Positions 1 through 12,000 of a DNA stretch of 64,000 nucleotides are shown here, piece after piece; the stretch's first letter is position 1; the number at the start of each line of letters is the position of its first letter. The stretch lies in NCBI GenBank assembly GCA_000708835.1, contig DF237301.1:32790-96789 (forward strand). The letters run 5' to 3'. The position numbers and the translations under genes were made by a program. Below the pieces are notes generated by a model. That model made no database searches and was not told where the DNA came from. It saw only the letters and a program-made list of their open reading frames with translations. This stretch comes from Klebsormidium nitens (Eukaryota; Plantae; Klebsormidiophyceae).

Positions 1-1016
1 GCCCTTTTTGGTGCACAACTGTACCCTGCAGGGAAGGTGGAGTGAAGTGGATCAAAATTGTGCAGTGAAGTGGATTGAAATTAGTGGATTGAATTCCTCC
101 AAAGACCGAGCTTGCTTCGTGGGGGGATGATGCGCTGAGAGTACTCTACTTCAGCCTTTAGGTGCTGCCTACTGGCCTGACTTGCCCTTCTTTTCAAGGC
201 ATTTTTCAACGTACTTTCAGTGTATTGCCTTTGCCAGAAGCTGTTGGAACAGTTGTCAATCATTGACTGCTGACAACGGAGAGGATTTCCTTGCTAACAA
301 TCAAGATCATGAACATTTCCCTGAGGAAAGGCTTCAGTGATGCTTCTTTTGAGTGACTACCACCGCTTGACGTTCCTCGTCCTGGGGACTTACCTGTCCA
401 GTAGAATGTAGTCATGCCGCAGCTTCTCCCCCACCCCCAGCACATCAAGCGCCCGCCACGCATTCCTCCAGAGGGCAATCGCTGCCCCGCTGTCTCTGGG
501 ACCCGGGGCGCTTTCCAAGACCAACGACTTTATCCCCATCCGATGGAGAGCCAGCGCCGTTGAAAGCCCTGCTATGCCCCCTCCGACTACGACAACCTCC
601 TCTTCAACGCTGGGGTCAGCTCTAGATTGGGGCTTGCTTTCAGTCTGCAACTCAGCATTGACTGCTCTTGTGCAGGTTGACCTGTTTACTTGACTGCTTG
701 CTCTTCTGCCCATCAGCGGTGCCGCATTGAACACGTCTTGAAGACCACCCGAGTAAAAGCCACCCGATCGTAAGGTCGGTGCTGTAGAGCAGCCGGAATT
801 TGCGGTGCACGAAGCAAAGGCAAGGTTTCTCTTGCAACATTGCGTATATAGATTCCGCTTTCCGCTCCTGGTAGGAAGCGTCGTGGTGAGCCGCCCAATC
901 ACCGATGAACTGAGCGGCCCCTGTAATCTTTCTGCTATTGCGACTCCTTTGCATGCATTCTCGCTGCCACAAGCCCAGGACGCTTCCAAAATGCAGCTCT
1001 GAGCAGCCATGACCAT
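1..1016 (-). CDS. FAD-dependent monooxygenase (UbiH/MO-like family), 5' part only; exons 1016-394 and 25-<1
   Basis: Rossmann motif VVVVGGGIAGLSTALAL followed by LVLES...SGAAIALWRNAWRALDVLG. Donor AG|GTAAGT at 393 and acceptor CTGCAG at 26 join in frame (DR|VQLCTKKG). A ~135-aa Ser/Arg-rich N-terminal extension resembles a plastid transit peptide. Confidence 0.88.
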
Positions 1017-1616
1017 CCTGGGGCAAGCCCTTCAACAAATCACTTCAAATGTCTTGGCCCCGCCAAATGCAGCATGCCGCCCATGCAAATCCGTGCAACT
1101 TGAACTTGAAGTTGAACTTGAACTTGAAGTTGTGAGGACTCTTCGAGACAGGGAAATCTTTGAACCCAAAACCCTAATTCCCCTTCTTTCTTCTCTCTCC
1201 CAGTTCTCCTCCAATTAAGCCTTTTTCAGAGTTTCTCATTTCCGGGGTGGCGCATTGGAGTGACGGGTTTGGGTTGCTCGATGAGTCTGCAAGCCAGCAC
1301 ATCTCCAAGCGCATCGCAAGCTACCCGGCATTCGTGCAAGGCGTTGACTAAACCCTCACAAGCGCCTCTGAGTACATTGATCAAAGCAGGCGTCGTGGTC
1401 ACTCACACACGCAAGGATCTGCGGAGGTGGGGGCGCTCTGCTCCCAGGGGTTTCAAGGAATGCACGCATTTCCAGCGGCGCTGTTCGTTTCCGAGCCTTG
1501 ATGATCTGAGCTGCCAGAGGGGCATATACAATTTGACAGGTTATCTGGACAGATATATACAACGTCACGCAACGTTACACAAGATCAGCCACTTCAGGCG
1601 CCAGCCTAACAGAAAG

Positions 1617-3346
1617 ATGGTGGTCAAAGCTGCAGAAAGCGCACCCCATGAGCAGCTTCAGCAAGGAAGCCCCTCCCTTCTGCACAGTGTGGATGCGTTT
1701 GATAAGTCCTTCTCGGCCTGGCTGTACGCCGATGGGCGGTCCCACTTGCGGGGCTTTCTGAAGTTTCTGGAAATGTCAGGTAAGAATCTAATTTAGCAAT
1801 CGTGGCTCTTGAAGTTTCCGCTAATACCACCATTTAAGAAGCCAGTGGTATGCCCCTGGCTGGCGCTCAACAGAAACTTGAGGTTCGCCTGAGTTTCTGC
1901 ATTGGAAATGTCAACCACTTGTTGATTGGCCATTTGATGCTTAGGCATCTTTTCTTCTGCAGAAAAGACCGCCAGCACGCTGATTGTATGTTCCCGCACA
2001 ACCACGGGCTAGTCAGCAGAGTAGCCCTTCTGCCTTAACCACTGCTTACTACTCATGACCACCCCCACATAGAAAGTCTCACTCTCACCCATACTTGAAA
2101 CTATCGCCTTCCACTGTGAATTGGAGTTCCAGAAAACCAGCTAGAGTGTTTCAACCAACTATCTTTGCGTGAGGATCTGTGGATCTGGCTCTGAACGAAT
2201 GGATTGTCAATTCACGCTTTTAACCCCAGTCCTTTTTCAAGCAGGAACTGGTTCCATCTGGATCCCCGCCATCATCGCCCTCTGGCTGGCTCCCTTCGAC
2301 TACCCCTCCGCTCTTCGTGCCCTGGCCTTCAACCTTCTGGTTGGTTTCCTGTTAGACCTCGCCCTCATTGGGTCCATTAAAGGCCTGGCCAGGCGCACCC
2401 GGCCCAAGTACAACCGCGAGTTTTCAGTTCTTGTACCAGTGGATGTGTACTCGTTTCCCAGCGGCCATGCTTCCAGGTAAGCATCCGTCAAATTTGCGAA
2501 GGTCAGCCTGTGCATGGTGTCGCCTTTCGTGGTCGCTGATTGAGCAACAGGAGATCTACTTGCGCAAATGGAAAGTCAAGATGAGGTCGAGTCAGTCTGG
2601 CACTCCACACCTGTTTGGGGACCATTGGTTTAGAAACCTTGACAACAGAAATTTGTATGAATGGACTTGACTTCGAAGTTTCTCTTCTGCGTCATGCAAG
2701 GATACTGTCTATAATTCCATACTGGGGGCGATCTTAGATGCACCTTCAGATCTAGGAGTCCAGAAGTGCGTCTTGTTAAAGGTGGTCACGAAAAGTGTGC
2801 CCTGACACGGGTTCGTCCTCGCCAACTTGATGCTTTCCCACTTGCATATAGTCTCAGCTGTTCCTATCGGGCAAAGTCAGACGAAACAAGGGATTCATCT
2901 CACTATGCTTCTCGATTCCCCTTACAAATAGTCTCCTCTGCCTTGATTCGTTAGCAAACTTTGAATAGATGCAAGTTTAGCCAAGTCTTCAGTTCGAGCT
3001 CAGAAGGGTCTTCCAATTCCCTCGTACGTTCGCCTAATTTATTCTCCTCGGTTCTTGCAGAGCCATTTTTATCGCCTCCTTCCTGTGCTTCTGCATCTAC
3101 GCCAACAAAGGCTCGTTTCTTACCGGTACATCAGCTGCTAGCGCGTGCTCACTCGTAGCTTTTTGGGCCGCATGCACCGCAAGCTCTCGCGTGTTCCTTG
3201 GCAGGCACTACTTTCTAGACGTCGTTGCGGGCTGCTTACTTGGCATCCTGGAGCTGGTCATCATGACCACCTTTTTGTGGGTGTCCGAAACGACCTCCAC
3301 TAAGTACCACAGCTTGCTGTGGCAAAGACTAAAACTCTTAAACTGA
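1617..3346 (+). CDS. PAP2-superfamily lipid phosphate phosphatase, ~226 aa; exons 1617-1779, 2245-2476, 3061-3346
   Basis: All three PAP2 motifs are present after splicing: KGLARRTRP (Kx6RP), PSGH and SRVFLGRHYFLD (SRx5Hx3D). GT-AG junctions are phase-compatible and there are hydrophobic TM segments. Confidence 0.92.
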
Positions 3347-4159
3347 AATTGCACACAATTTAGTTTCATCTTAGGCGGAGGGGGCTTCTGTCAATGTTAT
3401 GTCAGGCCCGCGGAGGGGGCTCTCAGTCTGTGAATGATCCGACCGTCCTGCATATCCTTCACGTATACCGCTCAGTCAGCCGGCCTGATTATGTAAAGGG
3501 GAGGCTTTCTTCTGGCCGGCCAATGAATGATCCGACACAATCCTTAATGGTCCGACACTGGTTGGCCATGTTGGTCTCGACTCGATCACGCATGGAGCCC
3601 ATCATTCTTTTGCGTGCCCGTGATCAGGGCCGTCCAGATCACCAGCAGTGTACATTGAACATCGTATATTGACAATATAGTTATCATGCTTGACATCCGA
3701 CCGTCCTGGCTCGCACCTGCTGCAGCCGCGCGGCATAGCCCGCGGGCCATGCCGGCCAGCAGGCGATCGAGCCAGCTAGCACTATGGCCATGCCAGATGC
3801 AATCGACTCTTGAGTTCCTCGATTACCGTAATCAATGATGCAGGCTTGCAACGACGTATGGCTCGCACGTGACTATGTTTGCGAACCCGAGCCGGGAATG
3901 TGCTAGTCTTGACAACGTCTGCATTTATATTGTATTCACAAATGATGCAGTTTAGTATCATGGTTTGCCAGCTCGCGATCTTGCGACGCTTCGAGTTCAG
4001 TAGCCTAGGAAGCGCATGCCTAGCTGCCAGTGTAATCATTTTGGAGCTCGAGACTGACTACATATCTCGGCACGAGAATCGACGCGGGCCCGGATGCGAT
4101 CCTCCATGCATAACATTTCCGCCTCGCTATATACATGTGAGCAAAATGAAAACGGGCCT

Positions 4160-7100
4160 TCACGTCCTTTGACCAGCTTTTTCTAACCTGCTCCCCATCA
4201 ACTTGCCCATCTCCGAGTAAAACGCTACAATCTTTCTGTTGTGGGCGTACTTTTTGATCGCTGACGGGTCCTTCGCAATCTCCGCAACCGCGGCCATGAT
4301 TTCTGGATCGTCGAGCCCGGTCGCCACTTCTTTGTTCGCGACCACGTCTTTCAGCAGATCCGGCGTGGGTTGCAAAACGTCTGCGGAGGCAGAGAGTCAA
4401 TCTGCTTCGTGAAAGTGCGCCGCAGCATACGGCACCAAAACGAGTTACTCAACGTAGAGAGTAAGTACGAGTAAGAGCAATCACTCGTAGAGAGGTACTA
4501 GATACTGGCAACTCCCTTGCCTCCTAAGGGGCTTGTCTCCTAAGATTCAAAGGCCCCAGGCAGATGAATGAAAACCCTAACCCAAAAATCACGCGCTCTG
4601 CACCCCTACCACCCTAACCACCAAACCAACCCTACCCGTCTCCCGGGCTGTGAACCCTAGGAGACAACGGAGTTGCCACAATAGATACTAGAGCATACGC
4701 GATGTCAGGATCAGAAGACGAGATGAAGCTCAGGTCCCACCGAGAAGGTCAAACGACGAAGTTGTTTCAGGGCAACAGAAAGAAAAATCGCCACTCACCG
4801 ATCATCTTCTTTTTCATGTCGTCCAGCTTGGTGGGCTCCTGCTTCACTCGCAGGAAGTCTGCACAGAAGACCTTTCCTTTAGAAACGGCTGGACTTGACC
4901 AATCAAGGGTTCGTAGTGTCAACCAGCTTTTCGTGGAAAGGAAAAGCTATCCAGTCCTGATGGTGAACGCGTTCCTCGCCTTGTTTGGAAATACCCATTT
5001 CCTAAGCAGTCTTTTAAAAACGGTTCGCTGCTGCCAGCTGCTTTTGACTATCACCATGGGCGGCTGACACACCGACTTAGCTCAGCTTGGAAAGTCGCAT
5101 CGCCCCATAGTATTCCATGGGTTTGAGAGAGAGGCGCTAATCTGTGAACGTCTTCGAGCGCAGCGACGAGCTCGGAAACGTGCACACAGGCCGAAAAATG
5201 GAAAAGCAGAATCATAGCTCAGCTTGGAAAGTCGCATCGCCCCGTAGTATTCCATGGTTTTGAGAGAGGATGAGAGGAGCTAATTTTGAACATTTTCGAC
5301 CAGAACGACGAGCTCAAATCGTGCACAGAGTCCAGAGATTAAGAACAATCCTTCTTGAACTGGCTTTGAGCACAACAACGTCCTTAAGAAACGTGTACAC
5401 ACACAGCCTCCTCGAGGTAAGCACGCTGTGCACGATGAAAACCTTCGGCCCGTCAGTAAGATCGGTGTTCGAATCTGTAGGCGCCAGCGGACACCCACGA
5501 AGGCATGTTCTATAGGGTCACCGGATTGACAACGGATTTCATGCATGCCCATCTATGAGTTCTTTGGAGGCCTTTTTATCTTTTGATGGGGGTGGACGAC
5601 AGACCCGCAGGCACTTTCACTTTCCGACAGTAGTTTCAAGCTCTTTCTCTTCGAGGCCAACTCTTCGACCCAGACTCAACGCCTACATCAAAGTACAACT
5701 CCACCATGAACCAGAATCAGCGGAGGGTGACCATTCAAGCGCGACGCAAGCTAATCGCTTCACTTATGGGTGGATTTGGACACTCAGATCAAAACCCGCC
5801 CACGTATGAGAACTGGAAGGATCCAACGCACGTTGAACAGCAACCGGCTCACCGGCTGCTGAGTCTTTTGGGTTTCCAAAAGTTTCTTACATTAGATTTG
5901 AAATCTTTTTCTTTTTGTAAGAGAGCTTACCAGGTATGCGCTTCCCATCCTGAGCGTTCGGTGGCTTCGCTTTCAGAACCGGCATCTTCGCTTCTCTTGC
6001 CGGTCCCTTCTTGGCAGGGGGCGCATCAAAGAAACCCCGTTTCAGCGGTTTTGCGGCTGGCGCACTTTCCGGTGCAGCTGGTTCATTGCCAGGCGGTTTG
6101 CCAAGGGCGGCGGCGGCTGCCTCGAGCCGACGATTGGCGTTTTCGGGTTTGATCAGGTCGTCAAGATTCAGGCGACCGGTCCCCTTCTTGGCTTCTGATA
6201 TGAGAGGGTAAAAGTGAAGAGTTGATTTGTTGCGTCCTATGGTTCAACTGTACAATGATTAAGCCGGTGGGGAAGCGGAAGCAGGTTTGTAAGTGATTTT
6301 GAAGAGGGATTGAATTCTTATGGAAGCAGATCTGGGGGTACGTCAGTGAGGCGTAATTTCGAAGTGTTTGGAGAACTGAATCTCGTCCTGGGAAGGAAGG
6401 GCCGGGATGAGATTGATTCACATATGGTACTGCAGGAAAGGAACAGCCCACGGCGGAGCCTCAAGCTAATCTCTTATCTGGCCAGAGGACTATGGGCAAC
6501 TTCCTTGAGAAATTGTGGTCAATATTGACCCAATTAGGACCTTGCAAGAGGCTTTCTCAAACTTGCACTTCAATGGAAAGGGCTCTTGTTCTGCACTGGG
6601 CCACTAGCTGCAGCTCCATCAACTGGGGACAGGGGACTCTTTTCTCATGTTCTAAGTTAGCTGCATAACTAGCGTTCTGCCAAAGCAACCTAGTTGGTCC
6701 TAGTAGGAGTCTGCCCACGGTGTATCCTCAACTGCAAACCTCACCTTCTTGCCGTTTCTTGAACCGCAAAGCCGCCAGCTTTTCAGACATGTCCTCCAAT
6801 GGCGGGGGGCCATCTGCGACAACCAGTGTCAGTAAGACTTTGATAAAGCAGCGTCTGATTCTGCACTAAAGAAGACCTGCTAATCTGCTGTTAAGAAGTA
6901 TGGGGTCCCCATTGAGCTAGGAAAACAGGAAGCCAGCTCGAATGAATGGTTTGTGCAACAAAAAATCCTGAGCCTGTCGGTACAAGTACAGGAAGTTCTT
7001 CTGAGTCCTCAGGTGAGTCGTCTTTGATGAACCTCTGGTGAAACATAAGGTCACAGTGGGCTTGAAGCATGTTCTTTGGATGCAAACCCCATCAGCTGAC

Positions 7101-7208
7101 CCCCATCAGCAAACCCCACTCAATTGTCACATTGGGTTTGTCACCTTAGAAATCGTTTGATGGAAACTCAGAGTGCACCTCACCATCATACTTTTGGGCC
7201 TCGGTCAT
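4160..7208 (-). CDS. STI1/HOP DP-domain protein, ~212 aa; exons 7208-7184, 6813-6745, 6194-5931, 4858-4799, 4380-4160
   Basis: Spliced product MTEAQKYDDGPPPLEDMS...LKRGFF...IPDFLRV...GLDDPEIMAAVAEIAKDPSAIKKYAHNRKIVAFY has a C-terminal STI1-like DP motif. All junctions are GT-AG and in phase. The first small exon is the least certain. Confidence 0.75.
4506..4678. mobile_element. Possible small MITE-like element in STI1-gene intron 4
   Basis: Imperfect 23-bp inverted repeats (TGGCAACTCCCTTGCCTCCTAAG at 4506; CCTAGGAGACAACGGAGTTGCCA ending at 4678) enclose C-rich telomere-like sequence. No clean TSD seen. Confidence 0.3.
5078..5332. repeat. Two-copy tandem duplication, ~137-bp period, in STI1-gene intron 3
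   Basis: TAGCTCAGCTTGGAAAGTCGCATCGCCCC(A/G)TAGTATTCCATGG occurs at 5078 and 5215. A second shared block CGACGAGCTC..CGTGCACA follows each copy. Confidence 0.8.
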
Positions 7209-9044
7209 CGCGTGCTGGTTTCCAAGGCCCTGCAGTTGCACGTAGAGCTGCAGCGGAGTGCTTTTCAACCTTCTCCGCGGTGGGTATCTCCAGTTGTGAA
7301 CAAGGATTACAAAAGTCTCTTGCACGAGGTGTGGATAACGGTATTGGAGCAAATTGCGAGAGAGAAACAGAGCTCGATGGAAGAATGTTGAGCGTACATT
7401 GTCATAGGTCTGGGATTTGCAAAGACAGGAGCTCGAGCTGGCTGGCTGCGAAGCTAGCCAGGCTTGTGAGAAGCAAACCCTAATTTCAGTTCGCTCTAAA
7501 TTTTACAGCCGTACAATTTACAAAGTGGTTGATGTAACCCTGATCACGTCAACCCCGATCACGTTACATAAAACCCAATTTGACTATACTTACTGTGGTG
7601 GGTACAGGTGGGTACACTCTGCCTATGCAAGCAAGCCGCAGATTTGACAACGTACGGTCGAGGCCAATCGCAAGGTACCCAGCAGATTGGGGCCAGCGTG
7701 GGCCCCGGTTCAGTTAAATTCAGTTGACCGGTAAACTGCTCTTGTGCTAGTTCTAACCAGCCTCCTAACCTTTCGGAACCTGCCCAGCTGGGTTCGCGAC
7801 CGTTCCTCTCGATCGAGCGATCCCTGCTTCAGCCTTCAGAATCGGGAACAGGATCAGCAAGAAGGGCGCTTTGAAAGTGCATGCATTAGGCCAGGGATGG
7901 GAGAGGAAGCAGCAGGCAGCATCGTTGTGAGCTCGATGAAGGTCCGCGTCAGCAGCATTTCTATGTGGAACATTCTTCTGTTTGAGAGCTGCTCATAAAC
8001 GAGGGTCGGTGTGCCGGCCAACATTTTTTAATAGAGGGATCACCCAAGGGGCTTTGGAGCCGCTGTGGCCCAATTCTTGGTATTGAAGGTGAGCGGCTCA
8101 TGGGTTTAGAATTGGGCTCGAGCTTTTTGCAGAGACCTTGGTTTGCATTGTCTTGGACTTGTGTCCTGTCCTATGCCTTAGGTTCTTCTGCTGACTTCCT
8201 TCAGCTGGGCGTCTGCACTCTGCCTTGCAATTCCGCTCTGCCAATAGCGTTTTTCTTTTGTCCCGATCGCCCAACATTCGGTCTCCTTTGAAGATGCAGG
8301 TTGCACATTGGCCCTTCATCTTGCTTTTCAGTCTTTTTCTGCCGGTTACAGCTTTGGTGGTGATGTCAACATCTTCTGCCCTCTTCTAGTCTCTTGTGCC
8401 CTGGTTTGTGTCCTGATTGAGTGCGATTGATTGAGATTGATTTCGATTGATTGAGTCGATCAATTTTACAACAATGCTCTGGCCCTGGTTTCCCACGGGT
8501 GGCACTAGTCTGCTGCTAGAAAGTAGTATTGGCAGATTAAATAGAATTCTCTTAGCCACTAGTGGGTCCTGCGCTCCAATGGAAATGCAAATCACAACCC
8601 TGATAATGGCAGTCTTGCTGGACATGGAAAAATGCAAGTGCTATCACAAGTAGCTGCCCTGCCGTTGAAAAGTGAGTCTGATTGATCAATTGTATGAGTG
8701 TAAATGTTGGGGCAGCAGGTCTGTGCTTTGAATTGTCCCCACCACTTGTTTCTCTTAGCAGATCTCGTGAAAAGTCGACAGAGCGGTGGACCACTTTCAA
8801 ACCAGATGGACGCTTCAGACCCTTTAACCTGAAGGAAGGGTGGTGTCAAAAATGATCAGAATCTTAGTATCCAAAGGGCTGAATGCTAAAGGAATGGTCG
8901 GATATTCACATTTTCTTTTGCTCCTGCAGGCTGACCTCACCAAGCTCTAATTCTTCCGTTACGAAAGCTGGTCGCTCGTCGCTTCTTTTTCAACCTGGGG
9001 TCCTGCTCCATGTTTGTCAACCCCCTTGCATCCCCCCCCAAAAG

Positions 9045-12000
9045 ATGCAAATCCCCGACCCGTCCATTGACGAGTTCTTAGAAGCCTTTCTCCTCAACTA
9101 CGGCAACCTATCCGACCGCTTCCCCCGCTTGTCCCCACCCCTCATAGAAGACCCCCCGGTGCCTGACGATCCGTTTGCTGGGGTAGTTCTCGACTGGGGG
9201 GACGAGGAAAACAATCAGCAGGACGAAGAGATGGAGGACTATTACGGTGTCGAGGCGGCAGACCCGGAGGGGCTTGTGTTTGACTTGACACAGGACCTGC
9301 TCTACAAAGTGTTCTCGCACCTGGATGCGCCGGGGCTGTGCAGCGTGGCGCAAGTGTGCCGCCAATGGGGGGCGATGAGCGTACATGAGGACTTTTGGCA
9401 CACGCTGGACTTCACTAGGAAAGAACTACGCACTGAGGATGGTGAGTGGACTGGGAGCTTTTCTTATGAAGCCTTGGGAACTGAGAACTCAAAAGGTTGT
9501 CGGAGGACAGCATTTTGTAATAGTTGTGCAAAAAGTACTTTAGTTTGGCACCTACGAACAGCACTTGACCGCTGTGCGTCATCAGAGGTCAGTTTGGAAT
9601 TCCAGGATCTGCCTGATTGTTCCAAACGTTTCCCTCTGTTGAGGTTGCAAGGATCCCAGCGTTTCATAGTCAAAGACACAGTCACAGCGCAAGGGGCTGC
9701 GCAGGACCACACTCCGTTACGAGGTTCTCATTGCTTGTATGTCTCATATTTATCATCTAGCTTCTTTCTTTTTGATTGCCAGGACATGGAGTTCATGCAG
9801 GTAGAATGATGCCGCTTAATCAATCACTCGTTGTGGTAAATAATCTTTAATCATCGAAACATTGGTATTCATTCGAATTTCTAGAAATTGGTTGCAGAAT
9901 TGCGTGCACTTACAGTCAGACGGTGCTGGTTGTGGAAGGCTTCTCCCTTGATACGTTTCCCTTGCCTTTGAGTCCCTTTGCCTGCCTCACACTTGTTTTG
10001 CACCTTGCAGTTGTTGACGTGTGCAAGAAGTTTAGCAACGCATCGACGGTACTGATGGGGAATGGCAACCGACTGGATGAGTACATTGTTCAGAAGGCCC
10101 TCGGCCGCCTGAGGTGCGTGCCTCACTCCCGCACGTACTTCCTTCATGCTGACGTCACCATGCTTAGTTCACCTGTGCCGGGTCCAGAAGCCCTATGCCA
10201 GCTCAGGCGGGCACCGATGCCGTCCCTAGTTGTCCCTAGTCCTCCTCCACGCTAAAGTCTCGTTTGCCTAGTTTTCCGGTGCATGGTCTCGAAGGCCCTC
10301 GGCCACTATAAGTATCTGCCCTGCTCCCGCGCTCTCGTTTCAAAGCCGCGAGCCCCCCGCCCAATCTAGTCTGCAGAGTCTAGTCAGCCCTCCAGCAGCT
10401 CGGTTACAAGCCTGGACCGCCTTTTTTGTTTCCACGGATGAGAAGGTAGCGGATCACTGCGGAAGTAAGGACCAATTGTGCAGTTCATGCTTTGTTCCAA
10501 TCGTGAGGAATGCAGCAGTCCATTTGAAACGCTAAAACACTCATAATCAACCGCGTAACGACTTGCCATCTCTTCACGCTTAGTTCTGCCGGTCGGCTCT
10601 CGCAGGAACCTGACGTCACTCTCCATCACCGACGCCCACAACAACCTGTCGAGCGCGGACCACTTCTTCCGGGCGCTCACTCAGCACTGTCGCGCCCTGA
10701 CCACACTGTCCGTGACCAACGTCATGCTCACGTCATCGATGGTCGTCATCAGCCATCCGCAGCTCCAGGTTTGACTCTGCCCAATTACGGCCTCTTGAGA
10801 AGTTTTCCCATAGGGCGACTTTCTGCTCTCCAGTTTCTCACTCCAGTGATTTCGCCGCACAGGATACTCAATTTGACACCAACTACGGTCACCCCCCCAA
10901 AAAGGTTCCGACGTCAAACAAGGTGTTTCGCCCTACGCGTGATCACCTTTCGACTAGTTTACAACCAAATTTCCGTTCGAATTCAGTCACCCTCCGTCCC
11001 TCCGCAGAGGCTATTTCTGGACCACACCCACAAACCATGGGCTCCGCCTTGCCTTCCCCGCCCTGAAAATCCCAAAAGTAGAAAAGTGGTCTCGCCGAAT
11101 GCACACGCGTTCGCAACCATGTGCCATCAGATTCATTGCATCCCATCCTCATTGCAGACGCTAGTCTTGGACCACACCCACAACCACGGCCTCCGCCTCG
11201 CATGCCCCGCGCTCAAGTCCCTCTCCCTCCAACACGCCACCCTGAGCGGACTCCTCCTCGAGTGCCCCCTCCTGGAGAGCGTCAACGTCGGGGCCTGCGC
11301 CAAGCTCGCTGACGTCATGCTGAGGACGGCGCTCGTGGCGTGCCCCGCGCTGAAGCGGCTGGACGTGAGCGGGTGCGCGCTGGTCACGGACGACACGATG
11401 CGCCAGGTGGCGGTCGCGTGCGCGAGGCTGGAGCGCCTTGACGCGAGCCACTGCCCGTTGCTGACCTTTTCGGTGAGCTTCAGCAGTCACACACTATCTT
11501 CATTGTTGGCTTTCCGAAGTCGGGTTCTCAAAGGCGGTCTGAGTTCGCCAGCCGTGCGGGAAGCTGGAACACCTCAATATAAGCCACCACCCACTGCTGA
11601 CCCTCTTGGTGGCATGTTTGTGTTAACGTTTGACGGGAGGTTCCGAAGCCTTCCATGGTTGGTAGCTCAAAATAAAGCGTGGCTTTTGCTTGACACACCG
11701 TGGCGGGGCGAGCACAAGCCGAAAAGGCTGCTATACAGGCAAGTTTGTGCTACTCTAAAGACATGGAGGGTTGGAAGCTCTCCGGACTACTCGTTTGTCT
11801 GTCGTTTGAACTGAGCGATGTGTTCGTCACGTCCTCCAGGGGCCAGCGTGACGATTTTGCACTTACAACACGCACAGCATTCGAAGCAAGCGATGATCAA
11901 AGCGTTGTTTTGCAGAACGTCCGCTTCCCTGCGCTCCTGGAGTTCACCGCCATGGGCTGCGAGGGCGTGGCCACGAGTTGTGTCAACATGCTGGGCTACG

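Noticed and set aside
1260-1616. Upstream extension of the PAP2 ORF
   Set aside because: Begins at a non-ATG codon and is not PAP2-like. ATG 1617 is the plausible start.
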